DNA of 64,000 bases from the NCBI GenBank assembly GCA_040954595.2, contig CM082581.2, positions 13,775,921-13,839,920 on the forward strand. Direction: 5' to 3'. The position numbers were made by a program, and so were the translations under genes. The stretch comes from Balanoglossus misakiensis. Its lineage: Eukaryota; Animalia; Hemichordata. The notes under the pieces were generated by a model, which was not told the origin of the DNA, did not search any database, and was given only the letters and a program-made list of their open reading frames with translations. How positions within the stretch are numbered: position 1 is the first letter of the stretch; each line of letters begins with the position of its first letter. This document shows positions 1-14,500 of the stretch, piece after piece.

Positions 1-3000
1 ATCTTCTCATATTGACATATTTATCACACTTACAAGCCTAATAACAACCTATCTTTATAGTTTGTGTTGATGTGAAGGACTCCCACATTGAGAGTTCAAT
101 ATGACCGTGATTTGCTTCTGTGAATATATCATGCAGTCATATTACTTTGCTGCTAAGACTGAAGCTCTGTATTGTACGTACATATGTACATATCAACAAA
201 ACGTTGTACATCACAATCAACATTTTCTAATCAGTTTCTTGAAATATGTACTTTCTCCAAGCCAATAGAATTGAATGTGAAATTTCAACTACCGAGTATG
301 TCCAGTGGCATATAGTTTAAGTAGAGCTCCTTTAAAGTAGGAAATGTCATCAGATGTTTATTGAATACAAAGTACAACGGCATCAAATGGAAGTGATAGA
401 GTGACATTTGAAACAAACTGAACCCTTGTACAGAGTCATCTCAGAAACAGAGTCTGTGGAGACCGGGGGACTTGGAGAAATGTTTTATCTTCTTTTCTCA
501 AGATGAACCGTTGAGAGTAATTTTGAGATATAGACTAACATTTCACCAGTCTCATCCAACATTCATTGCCCATTTTTGGAAATCCTCAAGTCCCAAAAGC
601 CAACTCTCGATCTAACACCAGTCAGGGAGCTCTTCCCTCTTCTGAGAGTGTCAAATATACTGCATAATCATTGGATTCTCAGGTCTGAGTGTACAGTAGC
701 ATACAGCTTTATTTCAGATAGTGTTACAAACCTCAGATCACTTTGCTGATTATGCAACCCTGAGGTCAGCTCCATGCAAATGACAACAAACAGACTCAGT
801 GGTGTCTTGTGGAGAATTGTCACTGGCATGTCCAGTTGTTAGGTCATTCTTGCAAATATCCCCCTTCACCGAAGATCAAAACAAATGTGATAGTTCTTTT
901 ACAAACAAAATCAACCCACCTGTTTGCTCAAAGGAAGCAACATTTTTTGATGACCCTCCCAAGTCTTGTTACAGTAATGGAACAGTGACACGTACTATCT
1001 CAGCAAAGATTGGGATGGATTCTCAGCCACTTCCTTAGATGAACTTTCGATAAACGTGAATTCTTTTCGTTCCTTTGCCTTTGCTTTGTGTCTGATGAGA
1101 TCATTGTGTCATTATCACTGACCAGCGTGTGACCCCCAGAGAGTACATCCAGAGGTCATCCTCATTCTAAGTGCATGTACTTGCACATGTACTGGAATGG
1201 GAGAGATGTGTACATCAATCACAGAGACGCAGTGGCACACACACATAGTGAGGCTGATTAGTACAGGCAACAGACATCCAAGGACAGACGTATAAATGGT
1301 AATTTTCCGCACTTGAAGTGAAGATCAAAGAAGAGCCAGATCAAAGCAAGACAAAACCAGAACCAAATTCAAAGAAACACTGGCAACAGTGATAGTTACG
1401 AGACATTAGAAAGTCAAAGTAGCCAATAACAGTCTGTAATTTGAAAGGAATCGGGCCATAAACTGTGAACCCCTATTCACCAGATGGGCTGTAAAACTAT
1501 GTTTACTTTGCAGTGTAATAGATGCTTCAGGCCAGGCTATTGATTTATGGCACTTGGCAAAAGACACCAATAAACCTCACTGCAAATTGGCACTGACCTT
1601 GGCCTGTGCATTACATCCCTGGATATTTGACCTTTTCAGGGTCGCCTCCTTTTTGAGAGCCTGGAGAGTCGTATTAGAGGGCAGTGTGACATACATGATG
1701 CCAGGATTGGCTCAGTTTGAGAGCCTCATCTTACAGACCCAAACCAAAGTTAACCACTTGGTTCTCATGGAGCTTGACTCCTCTTATCTGTGATCCTCAC
1801 TTCTAAGCTTCTTAGCTCTTCCCCCGTCCCTACCTCCCTACCGTGGAAGTAAAAAACCATAATACAATGCAAGAAATAATACCAACCCATCTCTACATCA
1901 GATTTAGCACCTCATGAATCAAACATATGCAGGTTTTTCTTGCCTGATAGAGGACACTGGCGGGGGAGTAATGTAGAAATCCTGAAATTCAGGACAGACC
2001 GAGAGGACATCATCTTTCTGTGATGGATGTCTGTGTACAATAGGGCTCACTTTACATAACTCAGGCTTGTACACAAATATTACCTCCCAGAGTCGGATGG
2101 TGCTTTCGAGAATGCTTTATATTATCAAGAGTCTGTCTAGACAGTTATGATTCTATAACCTTCATTTGGAAGGTTTTTTAATCCTTCTTACTACCTAATC
2201 TCTGTTTACAGAAGTACTCGTCAGATAGTTCGGACACCCCAAACAATAGTCGAAGGTTGTTGAGCGTTCTGAAATGTCGGAATTTTGTTCACAAGATGCG
2301 CGTCCAGAGCTTCTAGCATGGCGGGCATATGAGGTTTCTTGAAAGTGATGAATATTATGAACAAGCCTTCATCTCAGTTGTAGCACATCTTTCATGTTTT
2401 CTTCCGTTGAGGGTCAATTTCTTCTTGTTATTGAAAATAAACTATTTCTCAGAGATACAGAAATTCTTACCAAGTAAACTGACAGGCATGCACACACATA
2501 CATGTGTGTACATGTATATACTCGTGTGTGATGTGTGCACAACACATGCACACACCAAAAGTTCCGATTCTGATAAAAAAGGCTGTATCTCTTAGTAATG
2601 ACGTACAGGAGGATGATTACAAGATGCAAGTCTTGACACCACATCCAAGCAGTGGTAGACTTTGCTTTAGGTAACATTTCTTATCTTCTTGGGTTCATTT
2701 ACATAAAAGATATCGGAGTGGAGTGATTTGTAATTAGAATTTTGGCTGTGCAATTAAGTGGAAAATGTGTCAAACTGGCAATTTGGAGTTACTTAGATAC
2801 CAAACACCAGTATCCAACTATTTTGACCCCAGTACCTGATAACATGGTTTCTGTACAGGTACCTTGCCCTTGGGGGAACATTGTAAACATCTATTCTCAA
2901 ATCATAAACTTTCATACAAAACTTATTGTTTCCCTCATTTTCGCTCTTTGATATTAATAGTAATTCTATCAGTGATGTTGACTTGGAGTCTGCTGGTATA

Positions 3001-5060
3001 GAATTGCTCTGATACAGCAGTCGGCACACTTTGATAGCATGATTAGCCGACAACCCAACAGTAATAGACTACAGTTTGGACATTTTGAGATTAGCGTACC
3101 TGCTAATAACATTGTATTTGGTGCAAGATTGATCCTTGATATTGATAGAGCTGTCTGTGTTATAAGTTGAAAGGTATTAGATGATTCAACAGTAACTGGA
3201 CATGTGCTACCTTGAACATCTGATTGGAAAAAAGATATTGTTTATTAATAGGGGTTTCTAAATGTACCTTATTAGTTTCGAATCTGTATACCTTGTTTCC
3301 AAGTAACTTGTGTCTATTTTGTAACCCAGGTCCATTCTCAAAGACATCATATTGCGTGGTGACCCTTTTAATTTAAAACTCAATTACATGTAAAATTAAC
3401 TTTTGGCTGTGATTTCCAGAATTTCTTGTTCAGGTGAAGTTTTCAAAAATCTACTTGGTAAAGGGTCCTTGACAGGGTTTAACCTCAATTATCATTAAAT
3501 GCGGTGGGTCCTTTGCTGAGCGTGGGCTACAATCAGGACAGATATGGTAAGCAGAATACTAAGACATTTTATCATGTTAGAACAAGAAACTGTAGTGGTT
3601 TCACAAAACAGAAATGCTTTTGAAAATGTCTGCTAGTATTGTTGCCAGCCATGATGGGTTGAAAAGTGCTATAAACTGACATATCCCGACCTCAAAGACA
3701 AAAGACCAGTGATGTCATCAATTCCTGTAGACAAAAGATTGGTGATGTCACCATTTCCTGTTTAGGTAGACAGACACAAGGTTCAGTGAAGTCAATGGCC
3801 AGTTGAATGTGAGCACGCATGCACCTTAAATTGTACAGTTTTTCAGAATTCTTTAAAAAAGTTGAGACTCAATCAGCATATAATCTCTATTGTAGCAGTT
3901 AGACTCATGCAGGTATCTTGTTTGCTAATCATTGAATCATAGTTAACCTTTTGATTTAGTTTTTTAATCATTGTAAATAAAATTTGTCAAATGTCCTTGT
4001 GAATGTTACATTGTTCAAACAAGATGTGCACCTACTTTTGATAAGATTTGTCGTGTCCTCTCTACAACGGAAACAGAACTGATGAACAATGCATTTGGGT
4101 AAATAGAATTTGAAGTCTTGTTGAACCTGTAATTTACACACTGTTTCATTAGCTGGTGTGAAGCGTGAGATTTGAATGTGACGTTCTGTGGTAGTTGGAC
4201 AGATGTAGACTCAAGCAGCAGCAGAACAAGAACAGCAAAGATCCAGTGAAGGTCTGTCTCTGGTTGGCTGTATACTGTATGATATACACATCCACATTGC
4301 AAAGTAAAAAATAAAAATAGATAAAAATCAGCTTATCAATGATAATACCCATAAACCTGTCTCAGCTAATTGATTTTAAGTGTCAAGGAGTATTTCCTTT
4401 GATGGATTGATAAGGTATATTGATTAAGATTAAGATGGTTGATGCATTAACACAATTTCCCTTTAGTCATGATGACCACACACTGACAAAAAGTGTCTTT
4501 CAGTTGTGAGGGAATAAGGTATACATGTACATGTAGTAGGTTTCTGCTACTGTACGTACATACCAGTAAACAGTTAAACAAATTTCCTCGTTCTGATACT
4601 AGTATACATGTACACCAAACTGAGCATATTCTGATGCCGAGTTTTAAATGATGAAGACGTCCTGCTAAAGACTGTGAAGTTGATCACCCCGATTTCAGAT
4701 TCAGATCTAAATCTAAATCTGCCGGGCGATGATTGATGTGAGGGAATATTCTCCGCATAAGTCAGCGTGGGGTGGTCATTGCACGGTTACCTCAAACCAG
4801 CTTGGAACACTTAAATGTGATTTATACATCATAACTATGTGTAATTTCTTTGCCACAAGAACATATTTATTGCCCAGACATATACACTCCGTGTGTGCGT
4901 GTACGTACCTTGTTCTAGAACAACAATGGGTGGTACCTGATGACACAGAATGTGAAATAGACTGACGCTGTGTTTGATATTACAGTACAACTATAACAAC
5001 TCTTCTCCCGTGGCTATATACATGTAGACATAATCTGTCTTAATTTTCTCTCTGGATACG

Positions 5061-5123
5061 CAGCACTGGTCCAACAGGGACCAGCACTGGTCCAACAGGG
5101 GCCAGCTCTGGTCTAACAGTGAC
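5061..5123. repeat. 21-bp tandem repeat x3 (cagcactggtccaacagggac)
   Basis: Units at 5061, 5082 and 5103; the third is more diverged. Confidence 0.9.
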
Positions 5124-7453
5124 TGATGTCAAATATAACTGTTCTTTATCAATATAACTGAAAGATTTGCCTAATCTTTGACAGTAGCGTTTATACACAG
5201 TTGATCCACAATGCAAATTACAGACACTGACCTACTGGGAAAAATGTGTAAAATGTGGACCGTACAGACCAAGTATATTAACTGCCTGAGAAGATTATTT
5301 AGCTATGGCCAGGTCCCAGATGCATGTAAAATGATCAGGGTTTGTGGAATCAATCTCGATTATGTAACTTTGCTAAGGACAGAGTAATAGTGTTTGCTCT
5401 CCATTGCTGTTACCATGGTGACGTGTGTACCGAAGTACTGCATGTCAGACTTGTGCACACATCTTTAGCAGTGGGCAGGGGATTTCCTTCAAGGTGGTGA
5501 TGAATTTACCGACCAATACTTGGTGTGGGGCTTTAATACAAATCACACTCTCTGTGTACAAATACATGTCTCTCTTCTGCAGTGCTGTTTATAACTTGCA
5601 CAGTATTTTCACTTTTTAACTGACAGTTTGTTATTGGAAAAGTTTATGATAGTAAGCATTGATGATTGATCCCATTTTTCATAACAATTGTTCTACACAT
5701 CAAATTGGTCTGGCAGTAGAACTGATGTGCATAGTGCAATGTGCATCTTAGTATATATCAAGTCTAGGTTTGGTCAGACATATGGTATATGCTTGTACTG
5801 CACATGTTTATGATGGGGCAAAAGGATCAGAGATTTATATTATATAATATATTTGAAGGAATTCTCAAACAATCGAAATTTCTCAGTACAATTTCTTTCC
5901 TCTTGTTTATTGCTTCTGGTAGGCGAGATCCTTGCTTTCTCACTGACTGACTTCTGACCCAAAAATGTTGAGATTTATTCACTATGTTGGAATATATCAA
6001 ATGCTAGATGACTGTAATGGTCATAGATGTGTACCAGTTGGCAAAACATCGGGAGTGTTTGTAGTGACACAAAGATGGCATCCGTTTATATCAGTCACCG
6101 TTTCCAGTTATGCATTCTTTTTGAATGCACCGTAACTCAAACACTAGTTGAAAAGCGTTTGACCCAAAAGACGTGTGTTGTAATTGTGCTGTTATGTTAG
6201 AGTCTTTGAAAGTTAAAAGCTTCCCCCTCCAGCAGTAAAGCTGAAGTTAGTAGCCTTTTAACAGTGTTGTAGGGGATCTAAGTGATTCTCATACACTGTG
6301 ACACCAATAACCTGTTGGCCCTTGCCTAACCTGCAAGAAACCAGCATGCATGTATTTAGTTTAAAGTGAGGGAGGGGGGGGGGGTGTAGAAAGAGACAAA
6401 TCATTGTGGAGAATGTCGTTTTATCATCAGCTCAGCAACAGATTCCATTGAGATCATCAACTGATGCAGTGTGAAGCTCTTGAAAAGTCATTTTGGGTTT
6501 GGTACCATTTGGCCGAGTGAAGTGGGAAAAAAGACACACTAAAACCCGAATGAGGTAAATATACGATCATTGTGGTCCATCAGACGGAACTTTACAAGAA
6601 CTTAACAAGAGGGAGAGAGATGGTGCACCAGACAAAGCAGACAGTGTTTGTTCAAAACCCAGTGTTCATGGAAAATGGTGTCTGCTGCTATGATTGCTCT
6701 ACAGGTAGGGATCTGGCAGAGCCCGCCTCTCAATGTTGAATTGGTGCCATCGGTGATAAAACAGTGATAAAAACTTGTCAAGTATTGGGCATTAATTAAT
6801 ATAAATGACTACGAATGTGATTTCTTTGATTTGGCAAAAGCCGTCGTTTCACACAAACACGGGGCATTATTGCTGGTTGTACCTGGGGGGTGGTTATGTT
6901 GTATCAGGGCACATGACGCAGTTCCAAGAGACGTGACAACATGGGTATGCACCCAGCATGTATCGCATTGTACCATCATATCACATACACTTTTGTCGGT
7001 CAGTAGGTTAAAGGGACAACTGGCTGTATTTTGACAGTCTTGTACGATGTTTATTTCATCAGAATCTGTTTATTTACCTTAGTCTCTCACAGCATTTGTA
7101 ACAGCACAAATAACATGACATAGATAGAGGTACTGAAGATGGTGGCTTTGTCCCTTTAATGGCAGATTCTGTCCGTGTTACCCATAGTTCTCCCCGAGGC
7201 TTCTGTGTTTAATACTAGTACATGTACTCAAAAATTGCCTGTTCAACAAATCACATTATTTGTCAGAGAAGCACAGACAGAAAATGTTATAAACGGACCG
7301 ATGAGTTCTTTATTGGAATTCAAACAACATGGGGTGTAGGGTTTGGGTTGATGTATACTTCAGTGAAAAATAAGTTGGCTGAGACTTGCGGGTTATAGAC
7401 TAAATTGCACAGGTTTACAGGTGCTTATGCATGATATCAAACCATAGAACATT

Positions 7454-7500
7454 AGTACATATATAGATTTCGTCGAAAGGTTTGAATGTGCATCCGTTAC
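7454..7500 (+). repeat. 47-bp dispersed direct repeat, copy 1
   Basis: agtacatatatagatttcgtcgaaaggtttgaatgtgcatccgttac; 45/47 identical to 9014-9060. Confidence 0.9.
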
Positions 7501-9013
7501 AAGGATCTGATAGCTTAGAGTTCACCTAGCTACACTGCTATGTAATAAGAATATAAATAAGGAGATAGTAGGCTACCTGTGCAATGTAAACATTACATTG
7601 ATAAGTGTGGTATTTTCAAATTGGTGTGTCTGCCAGGACATGTACTATTGCAGATAGTATCTGTTATTTTGTACAACTCTGAAATATAGTGAATACAAGG
7701 TCCCGGTATGACACCTATGTTTGATGTCGGAGCGCCGATTTCAAAGAGTCAGCAACTAGACTTGGTCTGGGCTGGTGAATAAAAAGTAAAGTTGGTTGCT
7801 CTCAGGACTGTGCCATGTTCAACCCCTCACCCGCAAACAGTTGCACATAGATGATCAATGCACAAGATAAAACTGAAATCACAGAAAAGCTTGAGTCAGC
7901 AAATTTTGTGCCTCACTTGTAGAGACAGCGAGCTCAAAATATTTGAAGTTAATATCTAAAGCACGACTTTACCATTGAATTTAAAAAGATAAACACAGTG
8001 ATAAAATCTCACGTGGAAATTTGTCAGTTTCCGTGATAAATATTCCCACTATCACTTGAAAAGTTCAGTCAGTTCCCAACACTAGTGGAATTTGTGAGAC
8101 TGTAGTTTACTGAGAGAAGGTGATACGTCCACTGATGAGCTCAAAGTACCTGAATTTGGTGCCAGTATTTATCTGTAATGATAAAAGGAAATGCTGTGTC
8201 TACAACTTATCTTGTTCATGAACTATAATGTTGCAACAAGCAAAAAGGTCGTTGAATGCTCTGACCTTTGCCAAGATAACAACATTGATGATTCTCTCTC
8301 AAATGGGATAAATTGTCTGTAATGTGGAGAAAGAGGTATTTTCAGTAAATTGTTGATCATAAAATTAAGATTTTATCTGATATGTGTATTGATCTGGTGG
8401 TCTTAAGGATTCTTATCTGTGCGGCGATGATATACAATATAGATGTCTGTCTAAGCTCTTCATTTGAAATATGGCCATTTAAATAGTGCTGATGATGAAA
8501 TATTCAAAATATGAAATATGGTGTCTAGATAAATACATGTATGTGATGAATGAATGATGTTGTTCCATTGATAAAAGATCATTAAATATGAATTATTTAA
8601 TGCCTGTGTGTTTGGTCAAACCAGTGTGTTTAAATATAGAACACTGGACGCAGTTTTTGTTAGGCGCATATACTACATGTAGAGATACATGTATTGTGGA
8701 AGAGGCTATTACCTGTTAATTGACAAATGTTACTATTTTGTTGAGAAAACACCAAAAAGGGCTATATTTTGTAATCAAACCAACTCATATAGCTGTGTAT
8801 TATGAATACAATGCACAAAAGACAATTGTTTACATGTGAACGTTAAAACAGATTCTTACTCTTGAAAGTAAACCCTTGTTTGTGTGAACTGGCATAGTGG
8901 TGATAACTAGGATGATAGTTCAAGCATATATGATGGTCGTGACTGTCTGGTGTTACCAACAGGTGGCAATTTTGACCAAACAGTCTAACATTTTCAACTG
9001 GTAACAGCAATCA

Positions 9014-9060
9014 AGTACATGTATAGATTTCGTCGAAAGGTTTGAATATGCATCCGTTAC
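9014..9060 (+). repeat. 47-bp dispersed direct repeat, copy 2
   Basis: agtacatgtatagatttcgtcgaaaggtttgaatatgcatccgttac; 1560 bp from copy 1. Confidence 0.9.
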
Positions 9061-9411
9061 CCCAATTGCAAACATAAAATAATGTGATTGTGTTCAAAAT
9101 GGAATCTTGAACTGTACAGGCAAATAGCAAACTACCTGTTGTGAGATCAGATGAACATCTTGTGATGAAATGCCAGTGCCCTGGTCAGTTTCTTGACAGA
9201 CAGAGATATGAACAAGATTATGGAGCAATCCAGTCCTTGACATAATTCAAACACTGTTTGTATAAGTCTAATGACATGTCAGCCAGCAGTGAGTAGGTGA
9301 AGGCAATAAAACTAAATATCAGTCGTACTTGGCTTGGCCCTGGGCCATCACTACATCCAAGTTATTGGTCAATGTCTAATTGCAGCATCAGATTTATAGC
9401 AAATGTGTTTG

Positions 9412-9600
9412 TTTTTAGTCCCCATGGATGTAGTCCTGGGGGGAGGGCAAAAGGGGGAGTTGAATTGGGCCCTAATTCTGTCCGTGCGTCTTTGCATCGT
9501 CTGCCTGTCTGGAGCAATTACTCAAACATGCTTTTGTTCAAACCTGGCACAAAAACAGTCTAGCAAGATGTAATGATGAAATTTTGCCAAATCTTATCAG
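9412..9600 (+). mobile_element. Probable decayed non-autonomous interspersed element (HINE/Helentron-like), boundaries approximate
   Basis: tttttagtcccc start, tctgtccgtgcgtc..gtctgcctgtct microsatellite-like core and ttcaaacctggcaca, resembling abundant non-autonomous elements of marine invertebrates. Recognised by pattern only. Confidence 0.3.
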
Positions 9601-11348
9601 AGTGTTAACCTCTGTTATTATCATCGGATCAGGTAATCCAGACACATTTGTATCCTGTTACTGGTTATCATAGAAAATACCAAATGATTGCTGGTAATTA
9701 GTCTAGCTGATTTGCCCCCATTTAAATAAATCACAGTGACCGTCCATGTGATATGTGTTACAAACGTTGTAGATCTGTCTTATTTTACACATGATTTGTC
9801 AATATTCTTAATTGATCAGTTGTGATAGAAGCCGCGGTGAACATAGCCACCAAATTGCCACCAAACGGTATTTTTATGCCAATCCAAAAGTGGGTGGCAT
9901 GCTGTAAATTTGATTGACAGGTTGATTTTATAAATATTCATAAAAATTTATGACATGGTCAATTTGATTGAACAAGCTTACTATAGATCAAGAGTTATTG
10001 AAAAATATAAATATTTGATAGTCCGTGAATATTTATTCTGATCTAAATTGACCGTAAACTAAGTGAAGTTGATCTTCGCGCACACGCTTAAATGACTTCT
10101 ATGGTATTTTGACCACCCCTGTTTAGTCCATGGAGAGACCATGGTTTAGTCTAACACTATTACTTTCAATGGTACGGTGGAGTCCATTTATTGCAAAGCA
10201 GGGGTGACAAGGTTACCACATAGTACCACTTCAATCTAGATTATACGTACTGTGGCATTGTAGCGGTATAGTCCGTGCATTACGTAGTGCGTGTGGTGGA
10301 CGTTCAATTATGCAGAATGTGGTGTCGTGTTCGTAGATTGGTTGATATACAGTAGGATATGGGAGGCACTTAAGATTGGAATCATTCATAAATCTATAAT
10401 CAGTGTTGATGTATGGAGAGATTAATTCGGTGACTTGTACTTTGTGGTACCAGTTAGATCAGCTGTTACAGTAATGTTTATTGTGGGTCTTTCAACCTGA
10501 CAACTTCTCAAATATAGCCTGCCATGTATTCTCAATGCGAATGACTAATACTGCCCAATCCACACCCAAATTTTCAATGTATCACAGTGATCTACTGTAA
10601 CATGTACCTTGACTGCCAACTTCTTGCATATGTGTTGGCATGGTTTGCAGGCATAAGTACGAATGAAAACGGTTGGGTTATAACAAGTTTCAAATGCATT
10701 CTGAAAATTTATATCAAGACGCGATTTATATACCCCCGTTTGGGGCCGTGTTAATACATGTATGTGTACATGTGAGTGATAATGAAATTTTTGACACTTT
10801 TCCAAAGAATTCAGTGATTACTCTCTGTAAAATGAAATAGTTTTGTTGTATAGATATTGCCATCACACTTTCAATATAAGAAGTAATTCTTATGTTGCAA
10901 CAAATTAACCATATTTGTCGCTAACCTTAGAGCATGTCAGTCGGGGCCTATTCAGATCAGCTGGTCTGATTTATAAGTTTGTGTGCCACTTAAATGTGTC
11001 AGCTACTCTTACAGTTCTATTGAAATTTTGATCCTGTTTGTGCATTCAGATGTCAGATGATCAAATACATAAATTCAATTGTATTTGAGGCTGCTATATA
11101 CTCCTACATGTGGTTGAAGAGTGTCCATGCATGCACACAATTGTGGTACCCAAGGACATTTTGGAGACAGTCATTTTATCAGGATTTCAATTTGAATATC
11201 GATGAACTGATGTAATAGGGAAAAGCAACATTGTAAGTGTCATGCCAAAAAGCTACGAACTCAACCTCCCTCCCATCATTATGATGGGGTTATCCCATCT
11301 CTGAAACCAGGAACATAAACTGAATTCCTCTTTTAGCACTCTGAACAA

Positions 11349-11554
11349 GGTTTATGACCTACCCCCTCCCCATGTTATGACTAGGTTTAAGGCTTACCCC
11401 TCCCTACGTTCTGACCAGGATTATAATGGTACCCCTTGTAGTATGAGATGAGTAATGACCTAACCCCTCCTTGTGTTATGTCTAGGGTTAAGACTTACAC
11501 CCTCTTGGTTGATACAGCTGGGGTTATGACCTGCCCCTCCCTGTGTTATGGCCA
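11349..11554. repeat. Degenerate minisatellite, about 34-bp unit x6 (ggttatgacctacccctccc.tgttatg..a)
   Basis: Six recognisable units with a recurring ttatgacct/ttaagactt + cccctccc + gttatg pattern. Confidence 0.8.
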
Positions 11555-14500
11555 TTTTGAATGGACATCTTCAATCATAATAAAATGATTTTACCTTGAT
11601 GTCCCAGACATCATGGGTGTGTGTGATCAGCACGTAACGGTCACCATGCTATACATCACTGAAAATGAAATACAGATTTGACATCCTCATAATTTCTTAG
11701 GCTTTCCAAGCCTTGTATAATTCCTACTACTAGTCTTGGAATTAGGCCAGTATATAACCATATGAGTGTAATCATTTGACCTCATTAATTTTAACACACA
11801 TCAACACCCAGACACCCAACCCAACAACTATCCCAACCACTTTTATGTGGAACACATTTAGATTTCAGTCATCTGTTTCTTGTTGCCTGTACATCCATCA
11901 CCTTGGTTACTTTATTTCCATGTACACATAAATATCCGACCAACCACGTGCGGTTTTCCACATTTTTACTGCAGGGTAAACATTAAAGGCAAGATGAATG
12001 GGTTCTGGATACTCTCTAGTCGTAAATCGTGAGACATTTAACCGACTCTATTGTACAGCAGGGGATAGTTTCCTTCAGAATTGTTATCACATCATTTCCC
12101 ACATGGCTGTAGGGTCAGGACAAATGTTCTTTGTGATCTCTGCCGGTGTCATGCCCTTCCCAGCAGACCCAGCAGAACTTTCTTCCAAGTTCTACCAAGT
12201 TTTCCAAACACATTATTCCAAATTTACATGCAAAAGGTAGATTAAGTAGAGAAAATGATTCTGCCATTCCTGTAAAGTTGCTAGCAGCAACAGTGACAAT
12301 CATTGAAGCTGTCTGTTTGCATTTGCCTTCAAAAAAATCAAACCAATGTCAATTTGGAAATTTTAGCACAGTATTTCATCAGTCACCCCATTTCAAGTTC
12401 CAGATTTCAAGAGAAAGTAATGATCAACTCTTTGGCATTTCCTTAGTAACAACCCCTCTACTGTCCTTGCAATGACATCATAACAATAACATCACAGTGG
12501 TGACATCACTGCAGATATTTTACAACATAGTGTACTTTCTGTGTCACTGAATTGGCTGCAAGGGTAATCCTAAATTGTTTGAGTACGGGGCCGATGACCT
12601 GTGCAGGATATTGGTCCGTTCTTTACTACAAGTACTGGCATTTCTTCTTGTTTCCGTGAATAGTATTACATCTATGTGCCTTGACAGTGTTCCACATGAC
12701 CTGTACTTTGGAGAATCTGTCTAATACATGAAAAACGGCATGAAAAATGACAGGATTTGATATTTCCCCCTCTCGTTTCAAAGACATTATCCTTTCATTG
12801 GGTGCAAGTACTCAGACCAACCCTGGACATTTGCTATGACGGAGAAAGTGCTACACGTAGCCATTTCCTCCCTGTGATGGTGTCAGTGGTCTCTTTGATA
12901 GCACTTGCTGACATAATTCTTGGATTGATTTTCAAGATGGCACATGTGCACACCAAGAAGTTGTCGTGGTAATCATTTCTACGTAGACTCACTGCACTAT
13001 TGGTGGAAAATTGTCATCACGCTTTACAGCGGCCAATCAGCGGGCCAGATACAGTTCCTTAGCAGACCAGGTTCCTGAGGGCGTACGACATTCAGTCATT
13101 CAGAACTAAACCATGGAGATACAATTAGAGTTAGATGCAATGAACACTTTTATCTAGAGGTCATCATACCCTGCTCCTCACACCAATTATTCAGTTCTGG
13201 CCTTGGATGGCACCAAGGTTCAACTCACATTAGCCATCTTCAGTCCAGTGGTACATCGTGTATACAAATAACATTTACATGGAAGCAGATAATACTGAAG
13301 AGCTCTTCACCAACTGAACAATAACACTGTTTGTTTTTTTCTTCCCCAGAGGATGTGATTTTTCTTTCGTGTTTACAGTGATAGCCCAAATTTGACCCAA
13401 GGACAAGGTCACTGATTACCTTGAAAAAATGGAACAATGATGGGTCAAGGGTTGTTTAATGTGTAATGAATCACATGTCTAAGGCATTGGCAATGGTTCA
13501 GTGATGAGTGTGAAGAGGGAATATTGGTGAAGATTGGAAACTATAAATTATAATTGTTGTAACTATCAGATGTCTCACACATTGTTTCATATTGCCATCT
13601 CATGATCTGAAATCAGATTGCCAATCAAGGCACGTGATTCATTAATCTGACTGTGGTGACTGTACTATGGTTCTATAAATAGATACCAAAAAAGCAGGTA
13701 CATTTCAATTTTATTTTAAGCATTTTCAAACCACAGACAAGGAGTGTTCAGTATGCCCACAGCGTTCCACACATCACTATAATTAAAACTCATTAAAATC
13801 CTAAGCATAATCAATAATAGACTCTTGATTTTCAAAATATTGCTGGTAGACCAGCTGGTATAATGATCCGGCTATACCACAGAGAGTGGGCCAATTCCTA
13901 ATAGATGAACTGTGGAAAACAAGACATCTGGAATATTCCTCTGCAGACTCCGTGAATTCATACTTATCTCAAACAGAGATAGCCGTAACATGAATTCCAC
14001 TAGGAATTGTAACAGTCCAAACTGTAAGTAACTTTATCTGTGATTTTTATATGTCCGATTTTCGATAGTTAATTGTTGATTTCACAAAGTGGTTGTTTTG
14101 GTACATGGAAGACTCATGCACGAGTTTAAATATTGAAACTATTAACTGTAATAACTCTGACCATAGACCAGAAAACCAACTATAAGAAAGCTTGTCTTAC
14201 GACTTGAGAGTTAGACAAGCTTCTTGTGATTGGCTTGTTTGTCTAATCAACCAATCTCAACGCTGCTTTCATCGGTGTGTTAGAGTCAGGGAGAACACGA
14301 GAATTATCTACGGGTCACAGGTATACATGTGTAAGACATTTCCAACAAGGTGGATGTTTTTGATAAAATTGATGAGTTTGACAGGGAGTACCTGTCCCAC
14401 TTAAAAGTTGATATTAAATACGCATTTGTTGTCATATTACACAGCAAGACTGTCCGATGAAATTATAATCAAAATAAAATTAGAAAAGATGACAATGACA

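Noticed and set aside
5061-11554. Tandem and dispersed repeats considered as a CRISPR-like array
   Set aside because: No constant repeat with unique spacers, no cas genes, and the context is eukaryotic.
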